Origin: an uncultured Candidatus Micrarchaeota archaeon
GTDB taxonomy: Archaea > Micrarchaeota > Micrarchaeia > Anstonellales > Bilamarchaeaceae
DNA length: 64,000 bases
Assembly (NCBI GenBank): GCA_963714085.1
Contig: OY970229.1
Span: 512,001-576,000 of the forward strand
Reading direction: 5' to 3'
Shown: positions 46,995 through 56,359 of the stretch, piece by piece
Numbering within the stretch: position 1 is the first letter of the stretch
How the letters are laid out: every line of letters starts with the position of its first letter
Made by a program: the position numbers and the translations under genes
Notes under the pieces: model-generated
What the model saw: the letters and a program-made list of their open reading frames with translations, nothing else
Databases searched by the model: none
What the model was told of the DNA's origin: nothing

Positions 46995-48515
46995 CTACAG
47001 GAGGTCCTTCTTCACCCTTTGCACTCCCAATGCGAAAAGCAGCTTGCCGAGGCGCGGGCCGCGCTCCTTGCCCAGCAGCGCGCGGTAGAGCTCGGCGAAG
47101 AGCGCCTTGGGCTCGATGTTGCCCGCTTTCGCGAAATCGAACACCGCGTTGTGTATCGCGAGCGCGTCCATCCCGTCATCCAGGCTGGAAAGGAGCTTCT
47201 TGACGTTCTCGCTGGCTGGCATGGCACCGGGCTGGTACTTGAAGCGGTAGTCCTCGGGCATGAAATCCCTGGCCACCCACTCCTCGATGTAGGGCCGCAG
47301 GTAGGCGGTTCCGGCCGGGTCTTGGGTCAGTCCCGCGACCTTGCCCCAGTCACCGTATATCTGGTAGTACAGCAGGACGTCCAGGAACGGCACTTTCCAG
47401 TTCAGCCTTTCTGCGGACAGCTCGAAGGCGATCTCCATCTTCCTCTCGTGCCTGCTCAGCTCGGCACCCTTGCCTGATAGCTGCGAGGCGAGCTGGAAGT
47501 CCTCCATGGTCTTGAGCAGGTTCTCGGGTGTCGGATTGATGTCCACGTTCTCCTCGAGGTCCGGTTTCACGAGGATGTATTCCAGTATCTCGGGCGGCAC
47601 CAGCTTCACGAGGTCGGAGACCCCCATCCCTATGCCTTTTGATTTCGAATATTTCTTTCCCTGGAACAGGATGAAGCCGTACTTGAACGGGATATGATAA
47701 TCCGCCTTCATGAGCTCCAGCGTTATGGCCTTGCAGGTGTCCTCAGAGCCGCCTTTGGTGTGGTGGTCCATGCCGGCCCCTTCGATGCTGGTGTGGAATA
47801 TCTGCTTCTTTGTCGGCCAGTCCAGGCGCCAGGTGAGCTTGTACTTATGGTCCGAGAGGCGGTTCTTGCCGTGGTGGCCGCAACCTTTCGTGTACTTCAC
47901 ATCCTTGTCGCAGACGTATTCGTAGGAGTCTTCGGTGTGGCCCGTGACCCTTGTCGTAGCGACCCTGCCGCAGTTCCCGCAGATGGGCATTATGGGGGAC
48001 CAGTCCTTCTTCTCCTGCTTGCCGCTGGACTCCTCCACGATTCTCTTCGTCTCCGCCTCGTGCAAGAGATAGAAGCGCGCCCATTCGTCGAATTTCCCTT
48101 CGGAATACAGCTCGTTGACCCTCAGCACCGTGGCTTTGACTCCGAAAAGGGCCATGAGACCGCGCACTTCGTCAAGGAAATGATCCCCGAAACTCCTGCT
48201 CTTTCCGGTCGGGTCCGGCACGTCGCACAATGGTTTCCCGAGATGCGGCTCAAGCTGGGTTTTGTATTGCTCGAGGGGAAGGGGGACGGAGTCGAACGCG
48301 TCGTGGATGTCCGCGAGGAAATAGAACGTGGCCTTCTTGCCGCGCTTCTCGAGCTGCCTCCGTATGCAATCCGGGAACAGGAATTCGCACAACGTCCCCA
48401 GGTGCGCCGGGCCGGACGTGGTTATGCCTCCTGTGATGACGTAGGGCTCCTTCTTCTCGCTTATCACGCGCTCGGCTAGCCACTCGGACCAGTGCTTGTG
48501 CTCGGCTTTCTCCAT
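46995..48515 (-). CDS. lysS: Class I lysyl-tRNA synthetase
   Basis: HW, GITTSGPAHLG, CGNC...C...CGH, KL.WRLDWP, KYSKSKG, GPRL. Confidence 0.95.
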   Translation of the reverse strand: MEKAEHKHWSEWLAERVISEKKEPYVITGGITTSGPAHLGTLCEFLFPDCIRRQLEKRGKKATFYFLADIHDAFDSVPLPLEQYKTQLEPHLGKPLCDVPDPTGKSRSFGDHFLDEVRGLMALFGVKATVLRVNELYSEGKFDEWARFYLLHEAETKRIVEESSGKQEKKDWSPIMPICGNCGRVATTRVTGHTEDSYEYVCDKDVKYTKGCGHHGKNRLSDHKYKLTWRLDWPTKKQIFHTSIEGAGMDHHTKGGSEDTCKAITLELMKADYHIPFKYGFILFQGKKYSKSKGIGMGVSDLVKLVPPEILEYILVKPDLEENVDINPTPENLLKTMEDFQLASQLSGKGAELSRHERKMEIAFELSAERLNWKVPFLDVLLYYQIYGDWGKVAGLTQDPAGTAYLRPYIEEWVARDFMPEDYRFKYQPGAMPASENVKKLLSSLDDGMDALAIHNAVFDFAKAGNIEPKALFAELYRALLGKERGPRLGKLLFALGVQRVKKDLL

Positions 48516-48560
48516 GGGGGAAGTATGGAAAAGAAGGTTTTTAGCCATTCGTTAAGCGGG

Positions 48561-49625
48561 CTACTTCTTCCGAAGCTCGTTCCAGAACGAGTAGGCGTAG
48601 GGCAATATGAAGGTGTTGGAGGTCGATGCGTCGAGGACTGTTATCAGCGTCCTGACCAGCGCGCTTATGCATGTTATGATTAGGGCGGCCAGCGGTGACA
48701 TGAATGACGCGCCCAACCCGAAGATCTGGAATATGATGTCGATGACGAACATCACCACGAGGAAGGGTATCGCTATGGCTATGTAGCTCAATATGCTTAT
48801 GACGTCGTACACGATCACGCCGAAGAGATTATCCTTCACCAGCGAGATTGAGGCCCCCAGCGCCTCATATGCCTGCTTCTCCCCGACCGTGAGCTCCCAG
48901 CGCCAGAACTGGGAGATGAACACATACACCAGCATGAACGCCACGGCGTATATCAGGAACAGCATCATGGCGATGACGAACAGGCCAGGGTGGCCGGTTA
49001 GCAGGAAGACCAGGAGCAGCGGGACGCCCAGGAAAATCGCCATCACGACGAAGTTCAGCAGGATGTATCCCAGCATCCTGGACCTGATCTTCCCGAAAAG
49101 TGGCCAGATGCCTGAGTACGCGCCTTCGAACTGCTCCTTGACGATCGGTGAGGTGGTGAACGATATAGAGGTGATGACCCAGCTTATGGCCAGCTCGGCT
49201 AGCAGGGACCAGACTGCGAGTAGAGCGAGCAACAGCTTGTCGGCCAGGACATAAGCCACCAATGCATTGATGGAGCTGAATGGCGCACCGGCCGCGACCA
49301 GGATGCAAATCGTGATTATTGCGAAGATGATCCACATCACGAGGCCCACGAGGAAGCCAGCGAGCTCCACCTTAAGCATCTTGGTGAACAGGCTTTGGAA
49401 ATTCGCCCTGATGAAATCAAATGTAGGGCCGATGAGCTTGATGGCGGTGTCCACCGTATCCTTGGGCTGGGCTGGCTGCGCGCTTTTAACGCCCGGATTG
49501 GTTGGCGGGGCGGCTACCGTGCTTTTCATGTCCGGTTTGCCCTGGGCTGACTGAGCGCTTTTCATTCCCACATCGTCCGGCTTGGCCGGCAGGACGGCTT
49601 GCTTGCTTTTCTTGGCAGGTGGCAT
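48561..49625 (-). CDS. Polytopic membrane protein with low-complexity N-terminus
   Basis: About 6 hydrophobic helices; AL..S..LVK.N motif. Confidence 0.8.
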   Translation of the reverse strand: MPPAKKSKQAVLPAKPDDVGMKSAQSAQGKPDMKSTVAAPPTNPGVKSAQPAQPKDTVDTAIKLIGPTFDFIRANFQSLFTKMLKVELAGFLVGLVMWIIFAIITICILVAAGAPFSSINALVAYVLADKLLLALLAVWSLLAELAISWVITSISFTTSPIVKEQFEGAYSGIWPLFGKIRSRMLGYILLNFVVMAIFLGVPLLLVFLLTGHPGLFVIAMMLFLIYAVAFMLVYVFISQFWRWELTVGEKQAYEALGASISLVKDNLFGVIVYDVISILSYIAIAIPFLVVMFVIDIIFQIFGLGASFMSPLAALIITCISALVRTLITVLDASTSNTFILPYAYSFWNELRKK

Positions 49626-49659
49626 GATTTATACATCTCCAGCAGACTTTAAAATAAAA

Positions 49660-49770
49660 CGCCCCCATCGGGATTTGCAGCCCTGCTGGGATCCTGCCAG
49701 CCTCAGGGCTTTTGAACCCGAACCAAAGCCTTCGGAGGGCCGTGTCTTATCCAGGTTTGACTATGGGGGC
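49660..49770 (-). tRNA. tRNA-Arg(CCG) with a 37-nt intron in the T-loop (59/60; 49674-49710)
   Basis: GCCCCCA/TGGGGGC acceptor stem, CT-CCG-AA loop, TCGGG-TTCAAA[intron]T-CCCGA; intron stem GCCCTG/CAGGGC. Confidence 0.88.
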
Positions 49771-49856
49771 GTTGCTCTACTCTTGCTGGGCTCTCATTAA
49801 AAGATTATTCGTTGGCTTCCGCTATCTTTATATTCCTTTTATGGGTTAGCAGGATT

Positions 49857-50510
49857 GTGAGAAACGCACTCTTCGCCCTGGCCATCGTGGTGCTGGTCCT
49901 ATGCGCCGGCTGCGTCCAGCCCCAGGGCCCGGTTAGCCTCAATCCAGTGGAAGTGAACAACTACAGCGGTCAGAAGCTCTCCTCCGCGAGCGACTTCGTT
50001 GACACCTCCATCAACGGCACGCAGTACATAAACATAAGCACCTACCGGCTGAGCATAACCGGGCTTGTTGACGACCCGAAGGAATACACCTACGACCAGG
50101 TGATCAACGACCACCAGAGCTACCAGAAGGTCGTGACCCTGAACTGCGTCGAAGGGTGGAGTGCGACCATACTCTGGGAGGGGGTGCTTGTCAGGGACCT
50201 CCTGAACGAGGCTGGCCCCAAACCAGGTGCCACGACCGTGATATTCAAGGGGTCCGACGGCTATACGAGCGAGTTCCCCATAAGCTATTTCTATGACAAC
50301 GACATACTGATGGCTTACAAGCTGAATAACGCCACCCTCCCTGCAGCGGAGGGCTACCCGTTCATCCTCGTGGCAGAGAACAAATGGGGGTACAAATGGG
50401 TGGAGTGGATCACCGAGATAAACGTTTCCAATGATACGAATTACGAGGGCTACTGGGAGAGCAGGGGCTATTCCGACACCGGTGACCTGAACCAGAGCTC
50501 CATAAAATGA
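49857..50510 (+). CDS. Molybdopterin-dependent oxidoreductase (MsrP/sulfite oxidase-like), lipoprotein
   Basis: LCAGC lipobox, LNCVEGWS...WEGV, GYP, KWGYKWVEWI, GYWESRGY. Confidence 0.88.
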   Translation: MRNALFALAIVVLVLCAGCVQPQGPVSLNPVEVNNYSGQKLSSASDFVDTSINGTQYINISTYRLSITGLVDDPKEYTYDQVINDHQSYQKVVTLNCVEGWSATILWEGVLVRDLLNEAGPKPGATTVIFKGSDGYTSEFPISYFYDNDILMAYKLNNATLPAAEGYPFILVAENKWGYKWVEWITEINVSNDTNYEGYWESRGYSDTGDLNQSSIK

Positions 50511-50517
50511 TGATTGC

Positions 50518-50763
50518 ATGGAGATGCCGGACAAGGAGACGCTGAGGCTGGCGGTGCATTACCTTTTCGCGCTGGTCACGCTCATGATGCTGGTCAGCGG
50601 ACTGGGCATAATATACTATCAGACAGTGCAGACCCTGACCTTCGGGCTCCTCACGAAGGCGGTCTCGTTCCAGCTCCACATCGCGCTGGTGATCCCGTTC
50701 GTGGTTCTGCTGGCGCTGCATGTATACCTGGTCCTGACGGTAAGGAGAGATAAGAAAAAATAA
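50518..50763 (+). CDS. Small two-TM protein with His residues (cytochrome b-like partner)
   Basis: VHY...SG.G...LH...LH pattern, directly downstream of the oxidoreductase. Confidence 0.7.
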   Translation: MEMPDKETLRLAVHYLFALVTLMMLVSGLGIIYYQTVQTLTFGLLTKAVSFQLHIALVIPFVVLLALHVYLVLTVRRDKKK

Positions 50764-50768
50764 GCGCT

Positions 50769-51377
50769 TTATCTGGCGCTCCTGGCCATGCGCTCGGTCT
50801 CATCGCGCTTCTTTATGGCGTAGGATGCCTGCACGTCGCCCTTGGCGGTGTTGATTATCTCGCTCGCCAAAGACTGTGAGAGCGACTTAGGCTTGTTGAA
50901 GGAGCCCATGAGCGCAGCGAGCGCCATGTTCCTGAGGGCCATGTCGAGCCTCCTGGTTGCGGAGATATCCACCGCGACCTGGTAGCTCACCCCTCCGTAG
51001 GAGACACGCGTGGTGTCCTCCCTGGGCGCGGAGTTCTCCACAGCCCTTATGAGCGCCTGGACAGGGTTGCCCTTGGTCTCGGCTGCGACTATTCCCAGCG
51101 CCTCGTCCACGATCCTGAGGCTGCGCAGCTTCTTGCCCTGCATCTGCCCCTTGGTCCTGATGACCTTGCCCGAGGTCTTCGCGCCTGTGCCGCCCCTCAT
51201 GAGCTTGTTTGCGAGCCGTTCCACGATGTTGATCTGCGTCTTGCCCATGTAGCGCTTGGCGTTCCTTCCGAACGTATGGGGCACGACTATGGGCTTGAGC
51301 GATATCGCCTGGGCGATGCTCTTGTCCCTGATCTCCAGGTCATCCATGGAATATTTACCGAAAAGCTTGTCAGTCAT
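50769..51377 (-). CDS. rps7: 30S ribosomal protein uS7
   Basis: LFGKY, PHTFGR, IVERLAN, ENSAPREDTTR, AIKKRDE.ERMA.SAR. Confidence 0.97.
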   Translation of the reverse strand: MTDKLFGKYSMDDLEIRDKSIAQAISLKPIVVPHTFGRNAKRYMGKTQINIVERLANKLMRGGTGAKTSGKVIRTKGQMQGKKLRSLRIVDEALGIVAAETKGNPVQALIRAVENSAPREDTTRVSYGGVSYQVAVDISATRRLDMALRNMALAALMGSFNKPKSLSQSLASEIINTAKGDVQASYAIKKRDETERMARSAR

Positions 51378-51381
51378 GCGA

Positions 51382-51819
51382 TCATCTCTTGGGCTTCTCC
51401 TTCTTGCCGTGCCTGAGGCTCTGGAGGTCTGCCGAGTTCACGGACACTATCTTGTAGCGGACACCTGGTATGGAACCCATCTGCCCCCTCTGGGAACCGC
51501 CGAGCCCCGCGATCAGGATCTCGTCGTGCTCATCCACGAAGCTTATGGCCTTGTCCCTCACCGCGTGGGCGCTCACGACCTTGCCGTTCTTTATGAGCTG
51601 GCATTTGACACATTTGATGAGGCCGGAGTGGGGTTGCTTCTGCTCCAGGACGATCTTCTCGAGCACGATGGCCCTCGCCTGGGGCGCGCCCTCGAGCGGG
51701 TCGTACCTCTCCTTTAAGCGGAGGGTCTTTCTCTTGAACTTCTTGCTGAGCCAGCGCCTGCTCCTGCGGCTCCTGACCAGATTCCGGCCTGCGAATTCTC
51801 CATTCCTTCCTCTTGACAT
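51382..51819 (-). CDS. rps12: 30S ribosomal protein uS12 (divergent)
   Basis: DPLEGAPQA, LIKNGK, DEHDE, IPGVRYK, KKEKPKR. Confidence 0.95.
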   Translation of the reverse strand: MSRGRNGEFAGRNLVRSRRSRRWLSKKFKRKTLRLKERYDPLEGAPQARAIVLEKIVLEQKQPHSGLIKCVKCQLIKNGKVVSAHAVRDKAISFVDEHDEILIAGLGGSQRGQMGSIPGVRYKIVSVNSADLQSLRHGKKEKPKR

Positions 51820-51912
51820 TGATACACCTGATTAATCATCGAATATAAAAGATTCGAAGTTATGCATTTCTACTGGCAAGGGTTTAAAAACATTAATACA
51901 CGAGGGAAACGC

Positions 51913-52788
51913 ATGGGAAAAAGGAAGGAAGCCGTGATATACGCCTACGACAACGAGCTGCTGCAGATAAGGCCGATGTTCGAGGGCCAGACCGTGAACA
52001 AGGAGGAGGCCCTCGCCGCGTTCATGTCCCACCCCCTCATGCTAGAGGGCCCAAAGGAGACGTCGAAGGGCGAGGCCGAGGTGCTCGCCGAGGCCAAGAG
52101 GACGGACGAGAACAAGACCAGCAATCTAAAGGGCGACGAAGGCTCGAGCAGGACCTATTCGCTGACATACTTCAACCCTGAGACCGAGAAGGCGGAGGTC
52201 ATAGATGCGAAGGTGGACATAAAGATATCGGACTATTCCACCAGGATGATAGAGGAATCCGTGGGGGTCGGGTCCGTCTATCCCTTATACGCGTTCATAG
52301 CCACGCCCATGATAAGGACCGAGGTCGTGCCGTGGCGCCTCAAGGAGATACTCGACGAGAGGGAGTACGCGACCCCGCCGCCTTCAAGCGGCGCTTCCGC
52401 GGTCAGGGTGCCGGACACCGGCAAGCAGGAGGAGATAGTAGCCCTCACCAAGCAGGAGGCCGCGGCGCGGGACGCGGTCGTGGAATCCCTTGTGCGCAAG
52501 GAGAACAGCGAGAAGAGGCTCGACTCCGAGATCGTGGTCTTCGAGAACGTTGTCGCCGCCATAAGGGCGGGCGCGGACCCGGGAAGCGCGGTCGACAAGC
52601 TGCCCCCGCTCAGCAGGGCGAGATACCTGGCCGTGCTGAGAAAGAAGCGCCTGGAGAAAAAGGCCGTCATCTCGCTCCTCACCAGGGACCTGCGGCTGCT
52701 CAAGTCCATAAGAAAGAAGCTCGAGACCCTGACAGTGGACGGCCTGCTGGGGCTCGTGAAGGCGATGAAGAGGATAAAAAAACAGTGA
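51913..52788 (+). CDS. Hypothetical protein
   Basis: 291-aa ORF with host-like codon usage, TTTAAAAA upstream. Confidence 0.75.
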   Translation: MGKRKEAVIYAYDNELLQIRPMFEGQTVNKEEALAAFMSHPLMLEGPKETSKGEAEVLAEAKRTDENKTSNLKGDEGSSRTYSLTYFNPETEKAEVIDAKVDIKISDYSTRMIEESVGVGSVYPLYAFIATPMIRTEVVPWRLKEILDEREYATPPPSSGASAVRVPDTGKQEEIVALTKQEAAARDAVVESLVRKENSEKRLDSEIVVFENVVAAIRAGADPGSAVDKLPPLSRARYLAVLRKKRLEKKAVISLLTRDLRLLKSIRKKLETLTVDGLLGLVKAMKRIKKQ

Positions 52789-52790
52789 CG

Positions 52791-52943
52791 CTACTTCTTG
52801 GCGCGGATGTCCTTGCGCTTCGGCCTGAGGAAGACGGAACCGCACTTCCTGCACTTAGGCACGCCCTTCTTGTTCCTGGTCTTGCATCTCCTGCATATGG
52901 AAATCTTTGCGATCATTGCGTCTGCTTCTGGAAATTTGCCCAT
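52791..52943 (-). CDS. rpl40e: 50S ribosomal protein eL40 (50 aa, absent from the ORF track)
   Basis: MGKFPEADAMIAKISICRRCKTRNKKGVPKCRKCGSVFLRPKRKDIRAKK. Confidence 0.93.
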   Translation of the reverse strand: MGKFPEADAMIAKISICRRCKTRNKKGVPKCRKCGSVFLRPKRKDIRAKK

Positions 52944-53056
52944 GGAATAACACCTGATGAGAATGTCATTGGGATATTGGATGCCATACTTTTATAAACA
53001 TAAGGACGACGGCTGCCGGACCAATGATTTTAATTTGCACCGGGTTAAGCATTGTC

Positions 53057-53476
53057 ATGCCGCAGGAAAGCTCGTCTGGAGCCGTGGTGTTCAGGGAAGA
53101 GGGTGGCAGGCGCCTTTACCTCCTGCTCCACTACGAGGCCAAGCACTGGGACTTCCCCAAGGGCCATGTGGAGAAAGGCGAGAACGAGGAGCAGACCGCG
53201 AGGCGCGAGTGCGAGGAGGAGACAGGCATAAACGATTTGACGCTGGTTCCGGGATTTCGCGAGATTATAGAGTATTTCTACAAAAGCAAGGGCAAGACCA
53301 TGCATAAGCAGGTGGTCTTCCTGCTCGCCAGGACCCGGAAGAAAGAGGTTACGCTCTCCTTCGAGCATATCGGCTTCGAGTGGCTTCCCTACAAGGATGC
53401 GCTCGAGCGCCTGACCTTCGATAACGCGAAAAACGTGCTTCGCAAGGCGGAATCCTTCTTGGTGAATTCCTCATGA
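53057..53476 (+). CDS. NUDIX hydrolase (Ap4A hydrolase-like)
   Basis: SSGAVVF, HWDFPKGHVEKGE....TARRECEEETG. Confidence 0.92.
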   Translation: MPQESSSGAVVFREEGGRRLYLLLHYEAKHWDFPKGHVEKGENEEQTARRECEEETGINDLTLVPGFREIIEYFYKSKGKTMHKQVVFLLARTRKKEVTLSFEHIGFEWLPYKDALERLTFDNAKNVLRKAESFLVNSS

Positions 53477-55185
53477 AGAATCTGGAAATCGCGAAGATAT
53501 TCTACGAAATCGCGGACATGCTGGAAGTCCAAGGCGTTGAGTTCAAGCCGCGTGCCTACCGCAGGGCTGCGCGCAGCATAGAGGAGCTCAACGACGACAT
53601 CGCAGTGGTGATGGAGAGGGGGGACAAGATCCCGGGAGTGGGCGAGGCGATAGCCAAGAAGATAGACGAGATACTCAAGAGCGGCAGGCTGAAGTACTTC
53701 GAAGACCTGAAGAAGGGGATGCCGTTCGACATGGAATCCATGGTCGCTGTGGAAGGCCTGGGCGCGAAGACCGCATACCGGCTCCACAAGGAGCTCGGGA
53801 TAGTGAGCCTGGACGACCTGGAAAAGGCCGCCCGGGCCGGGAAGATACGCGGGCTGGAAGGATTCGGCGAGACGAAAGAGAAGAGGATCTTACTGGGGAT
53901 CGAGTCGCTCAAAAGGACAGGAAAACGCATGCTGCTCTGGAACGCTTTGGTACTCTCAGACGACATAGTTGCGAGGATGCGCTCAGTCCAGGGCGTGGAG
54001 CGCGTGGAGCCGGTCGGCTCCTTGCGCAGGAGGAAGGAGACCGTCGGGGACCTGGACATACTCGTCGTCTCCAAGAAACCAAAAGCTGCGATGGACGCCT
54101 TCACCACCATGCCCGGCGTTAAGCGCGTGCTCGGGCAGGGAGAGACCAAGGCGTCCGTGGAGCTGGAGGAGGGAGTGCAGGTCGACCTGCGCGTCATGGG
54201 AAGGGAATCCTTCGGCTCCGCCATGCAGTATTTCATAGGCTCCAAGTACCATAACATCGCCACGCGGACCATCGCAGTGAAGAAAGGGCTCAAGCTCTCC
54301 GAGTACGGGCTTTTCAGGGGGGAAAAACGTATCGCCGGAGAGGACGAGGAGGGGATATACAAGGCGCTGGGACTCCAATGGACGGAGCCCGAACTGCGCG
54401 AGAACTCGGGCGAGATCGAGACGGCCATGAACAAGACGCTGCCCGAACTCGTGACCCTCAAGGACGTGAAGGGGGATCTGCATATCCACACTAAATGGAG
54501 CGAGGGCGCGAACACCATAGAGGAGATGGCTGAGAAGGGGAAGAGCCTCGGCTACGAATACATGATAATCTCGGACCATGCTGGAATGACGCTGCGAGTG
54601 GCCAACCCGATGGACGAGAAGAGACTGGCGCAGCAGGGCAAGGAGATAGACGCCCTGAACAAGGCAGGGAAGAAAAAAGGCTGGCCGTACCTGCTCAAAG
54701 GCGCCGAGATAAACATAAAGAAGGACGGCGGGGTGGACATCGAGGACAAATCTCTCGCCGAGCTGGACATCGTGATAGCGTCCATCCATTATTCGATGAG
54801 GCAGCCGAAGGAGAAGATGATGAAAAGGCTCTTCTCCGCAATGGAGAACGAGAACGTGGACATAATCGCGCACCCGACAGGAAGGGTCCTCAACGACCGC
54901 GAGCCGTATGAGCTGGATTTCGACGCTTTGGTCGACAAGGCGAAGGAGACGGATACGATACTGGAGATAAACGGCCAGCCGGACAGGATGGACCTGGACG
55001 GGGAGAAGGCGCGGAAGGCGAGGGATGCCGGAGTCATGATGTCCCTTTCCACGGACGCGCACCAGATCGTGCAGATGGATTACATGCCGCTCGCGGTCTT
55101 CATGGCGCGCAGGGGCTGGTGCGAAAAGAGAAACATCGCGAATACGCTCGGCCTGAAGGATATGGGCAAGGCGTTCGGTTTTTGA
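53473..55185 (+). CDS. polX: DNA polymerase X with PHP domain
   Basis: RAYRRAA, GSLRR.KETVGDLDIL, VDLRV, GDLHIHT, SDH, HPTGR, TDAH. Confidence 0.95.
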   Translation: MKNLEIAKIFYEIADMLEVQGVEFKPRAYRRAARSIEELNDDIAVVMERGDKIPGVGEAIAKKIDEILKSGRLKYFEDLKKGMPFDMESMVAVEGLGAKTAYRLHKELGIVSLDDLEKAARAGKIRGLEGFGETKEKRILLGIESLKRTGKRMLLWNALVLSDDIVARMRSVQGVERVEPVGSLRRRKETVGDLDILVVSKKPKAAMDAFTTMPGVKRVLGQGETKASVELEEGVQVDLRVMGRESFGSAMQYFIGSKYHNIATRTIAVKKGLKLSEYGLFRGEKRIAGEDEEGIYKALGLQWTEPELRENSGEIETAMNKTLPELVTLKDVKGDLHIHTKWSEGANTIEEMAEKGKSLGYEYMIISDHAGMTLRVANPMDEKRLAQQGKEIDALNKAGKKKGWPYLLKGAEINIKKDGGVDIEDKSLAELDIVIASIHYSMRQPKEKMMKRLFSAMENENVDIIAHPTGRVLNDREPYELDFDALVDKAKETDTILEINGQPDRMDLDGEKARKARDAGVMMSLSTDAHQIVQMDYMPLAVFMARRGWCEKRNIANTLGLKDMGKAFGF

Positions 55186-55258
55186 ACTTTTTCAGAATCT
55201 TTTTAACCATTACGCTACAAGTATAGCAACTTATAAAGCAGCTAAACGGGGAAATAGC

Positions 55259-55855
55259 ATGTCGCTCAAAGCAAAACAACTCATGCGGGGCAAAACCTCT
55301 GGTCGAACCGCTGGCAAGACTAGAAAAAAAGCCAGGATGCGGGAGTTCGAAACCATGCGGGGCAAAACCTCCACGGAAGCCAATGGCGCGGCTGGAAAAA
55401 ACGTCACTAGACGGGGGTTCGAAATAGAACTTGACAAGCTGGAGGTACAGGCCAAAGGCGATAAGACGGTGCGCTGGAGAGCCGTCGAAGATATGATACG
55501 GATGATTACCGAATTGAAGGACGCCAGTAGCGGGGCAGGCAGCGGGCAGATGTCCATGGTTGAGGCGGATGAGAGGCATACGATGCTCAGATATGCACTG
55601 GAAAGGGTTGCTAACGGTGCTAAAGACAAAGATGTGGGGGTTTTGGCGTTCAATGCCGTTGGCGGAGATGCCATCGCCATGCTGATGACGAGCAGCAGTT
55701 TGCATAGCAACGTGAGGCGTCCGGCGCAAGCAAGGCTGAAATCAATGGCTAAACCAGACACGCTGGATCCGGGCGGGCTGATGAAGTTCTCGCCTTCGAG
55801 AAAGTACGGTGGAAGCCCGAGGCTGCGGCTCGCGGCATGGCGCTACGACCTCTGA
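55259..55855 (+). CDS. Hypothetical protein with basic, partly repeated N-terminus
   Basis: 198 aa; MRGKTS twice (18-bp repeat at 55282 and 55354); TTATAAA upstream. Confidence 0.6.
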   Translation: MSLKAKQLMRGKTSGRTAGKTRKKARMREFETMRGKTSTEANGAAGKNVTRRGFEIELDKLEVQAKGDKTVRWRAVEDMIRMITELKDASSGAGSGQMSMVEADERHTMLRYALERVANGAKDKDVGVLAFNAVGGDAIAMLMTSSSLHSNVRRPAQARLKSMAKPDTLDPGGLMKFSPSRKYGGSPRLRLAAWRYDL

Positions 55856-56212
55856 TTAGAACGATTCGAAGGCCACTTTTTCCGCCTTGAAGAATTTCTT
55901 CACTGCGCTTACCGCTTTTTTCTCATCGAACCTTTTGCAGGTGTAGATGACAGTGGAGAAGAATTTGGCATTTCCCCAGATATAAAGCGCGATGCCCGAA
56001 TCGATGAGCGGGATGAAGGCGTCGAAGCCCTGGTTTATCTCCTTTCCCTGGCCGCCTGTCGCGTGTATGGTCGGTTCGCCGTAGGCCCGGAGCCCGAGCT
56101 CTTTGGTTATCTGCCGGAAGAACTCTGATATCGCCTCTTCCTTCACTTCCCTGTCGAAGAATCCTTCTATGAGCAGTCTTTGCCGGGTTATGTGCGGAGC
56201 CAGGTCTTCCAT
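55856..56212 (-). CDS. S-adenosylmethionine decarboxylase-family (pyruvoyl) protein
   Basis: G....IPLIDSGI..Y.W...F....YTCK.F pattern. Confidence 0.7.
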   Translation of the reverse strand: MEDLAPHITRQRLLIEGFFDREVKEEAISEFFRQITKELGLRAYGEPTIHATGGQGKEINQGFDAFIPLIDSGIALYIWGNAKFFSTVIYTCKRFDEKKAVSAVKKFFKAEKVAFESF

Positions 56213-56246
56213 GGTTTGTTAACGGAAATGGGATTTATAATTTGGA

Positions 56247-56330
56247 TGCAGGGAGAAGGATTCGAACCTTCGAAGGCGCTAAGCCAACGGGTCCTAAGCC
56301 CGTCACGTTTGACCGCTTCGCTATCCCTGC
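56247..56330 (-). tRNA. tRNA-Leu(TAG)
   Basis: GCAGGGA/TCCCTGC acceptor stem, ACGGG-CTTAGGA-CCCGT anticodon arm, variable arm, TTCGAAT. Confidence 0.95.
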
Positions 56331-56359
56331 GTTGGGACTATGTTCTCGCAATAGCTTCT

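Noticed and set aside
55282..55371. 18-bp direct repeat as a mobile-element or regulatory signal
   Set aside because: It is in frame within a coding region (MRGKTS twice) and has only two copies
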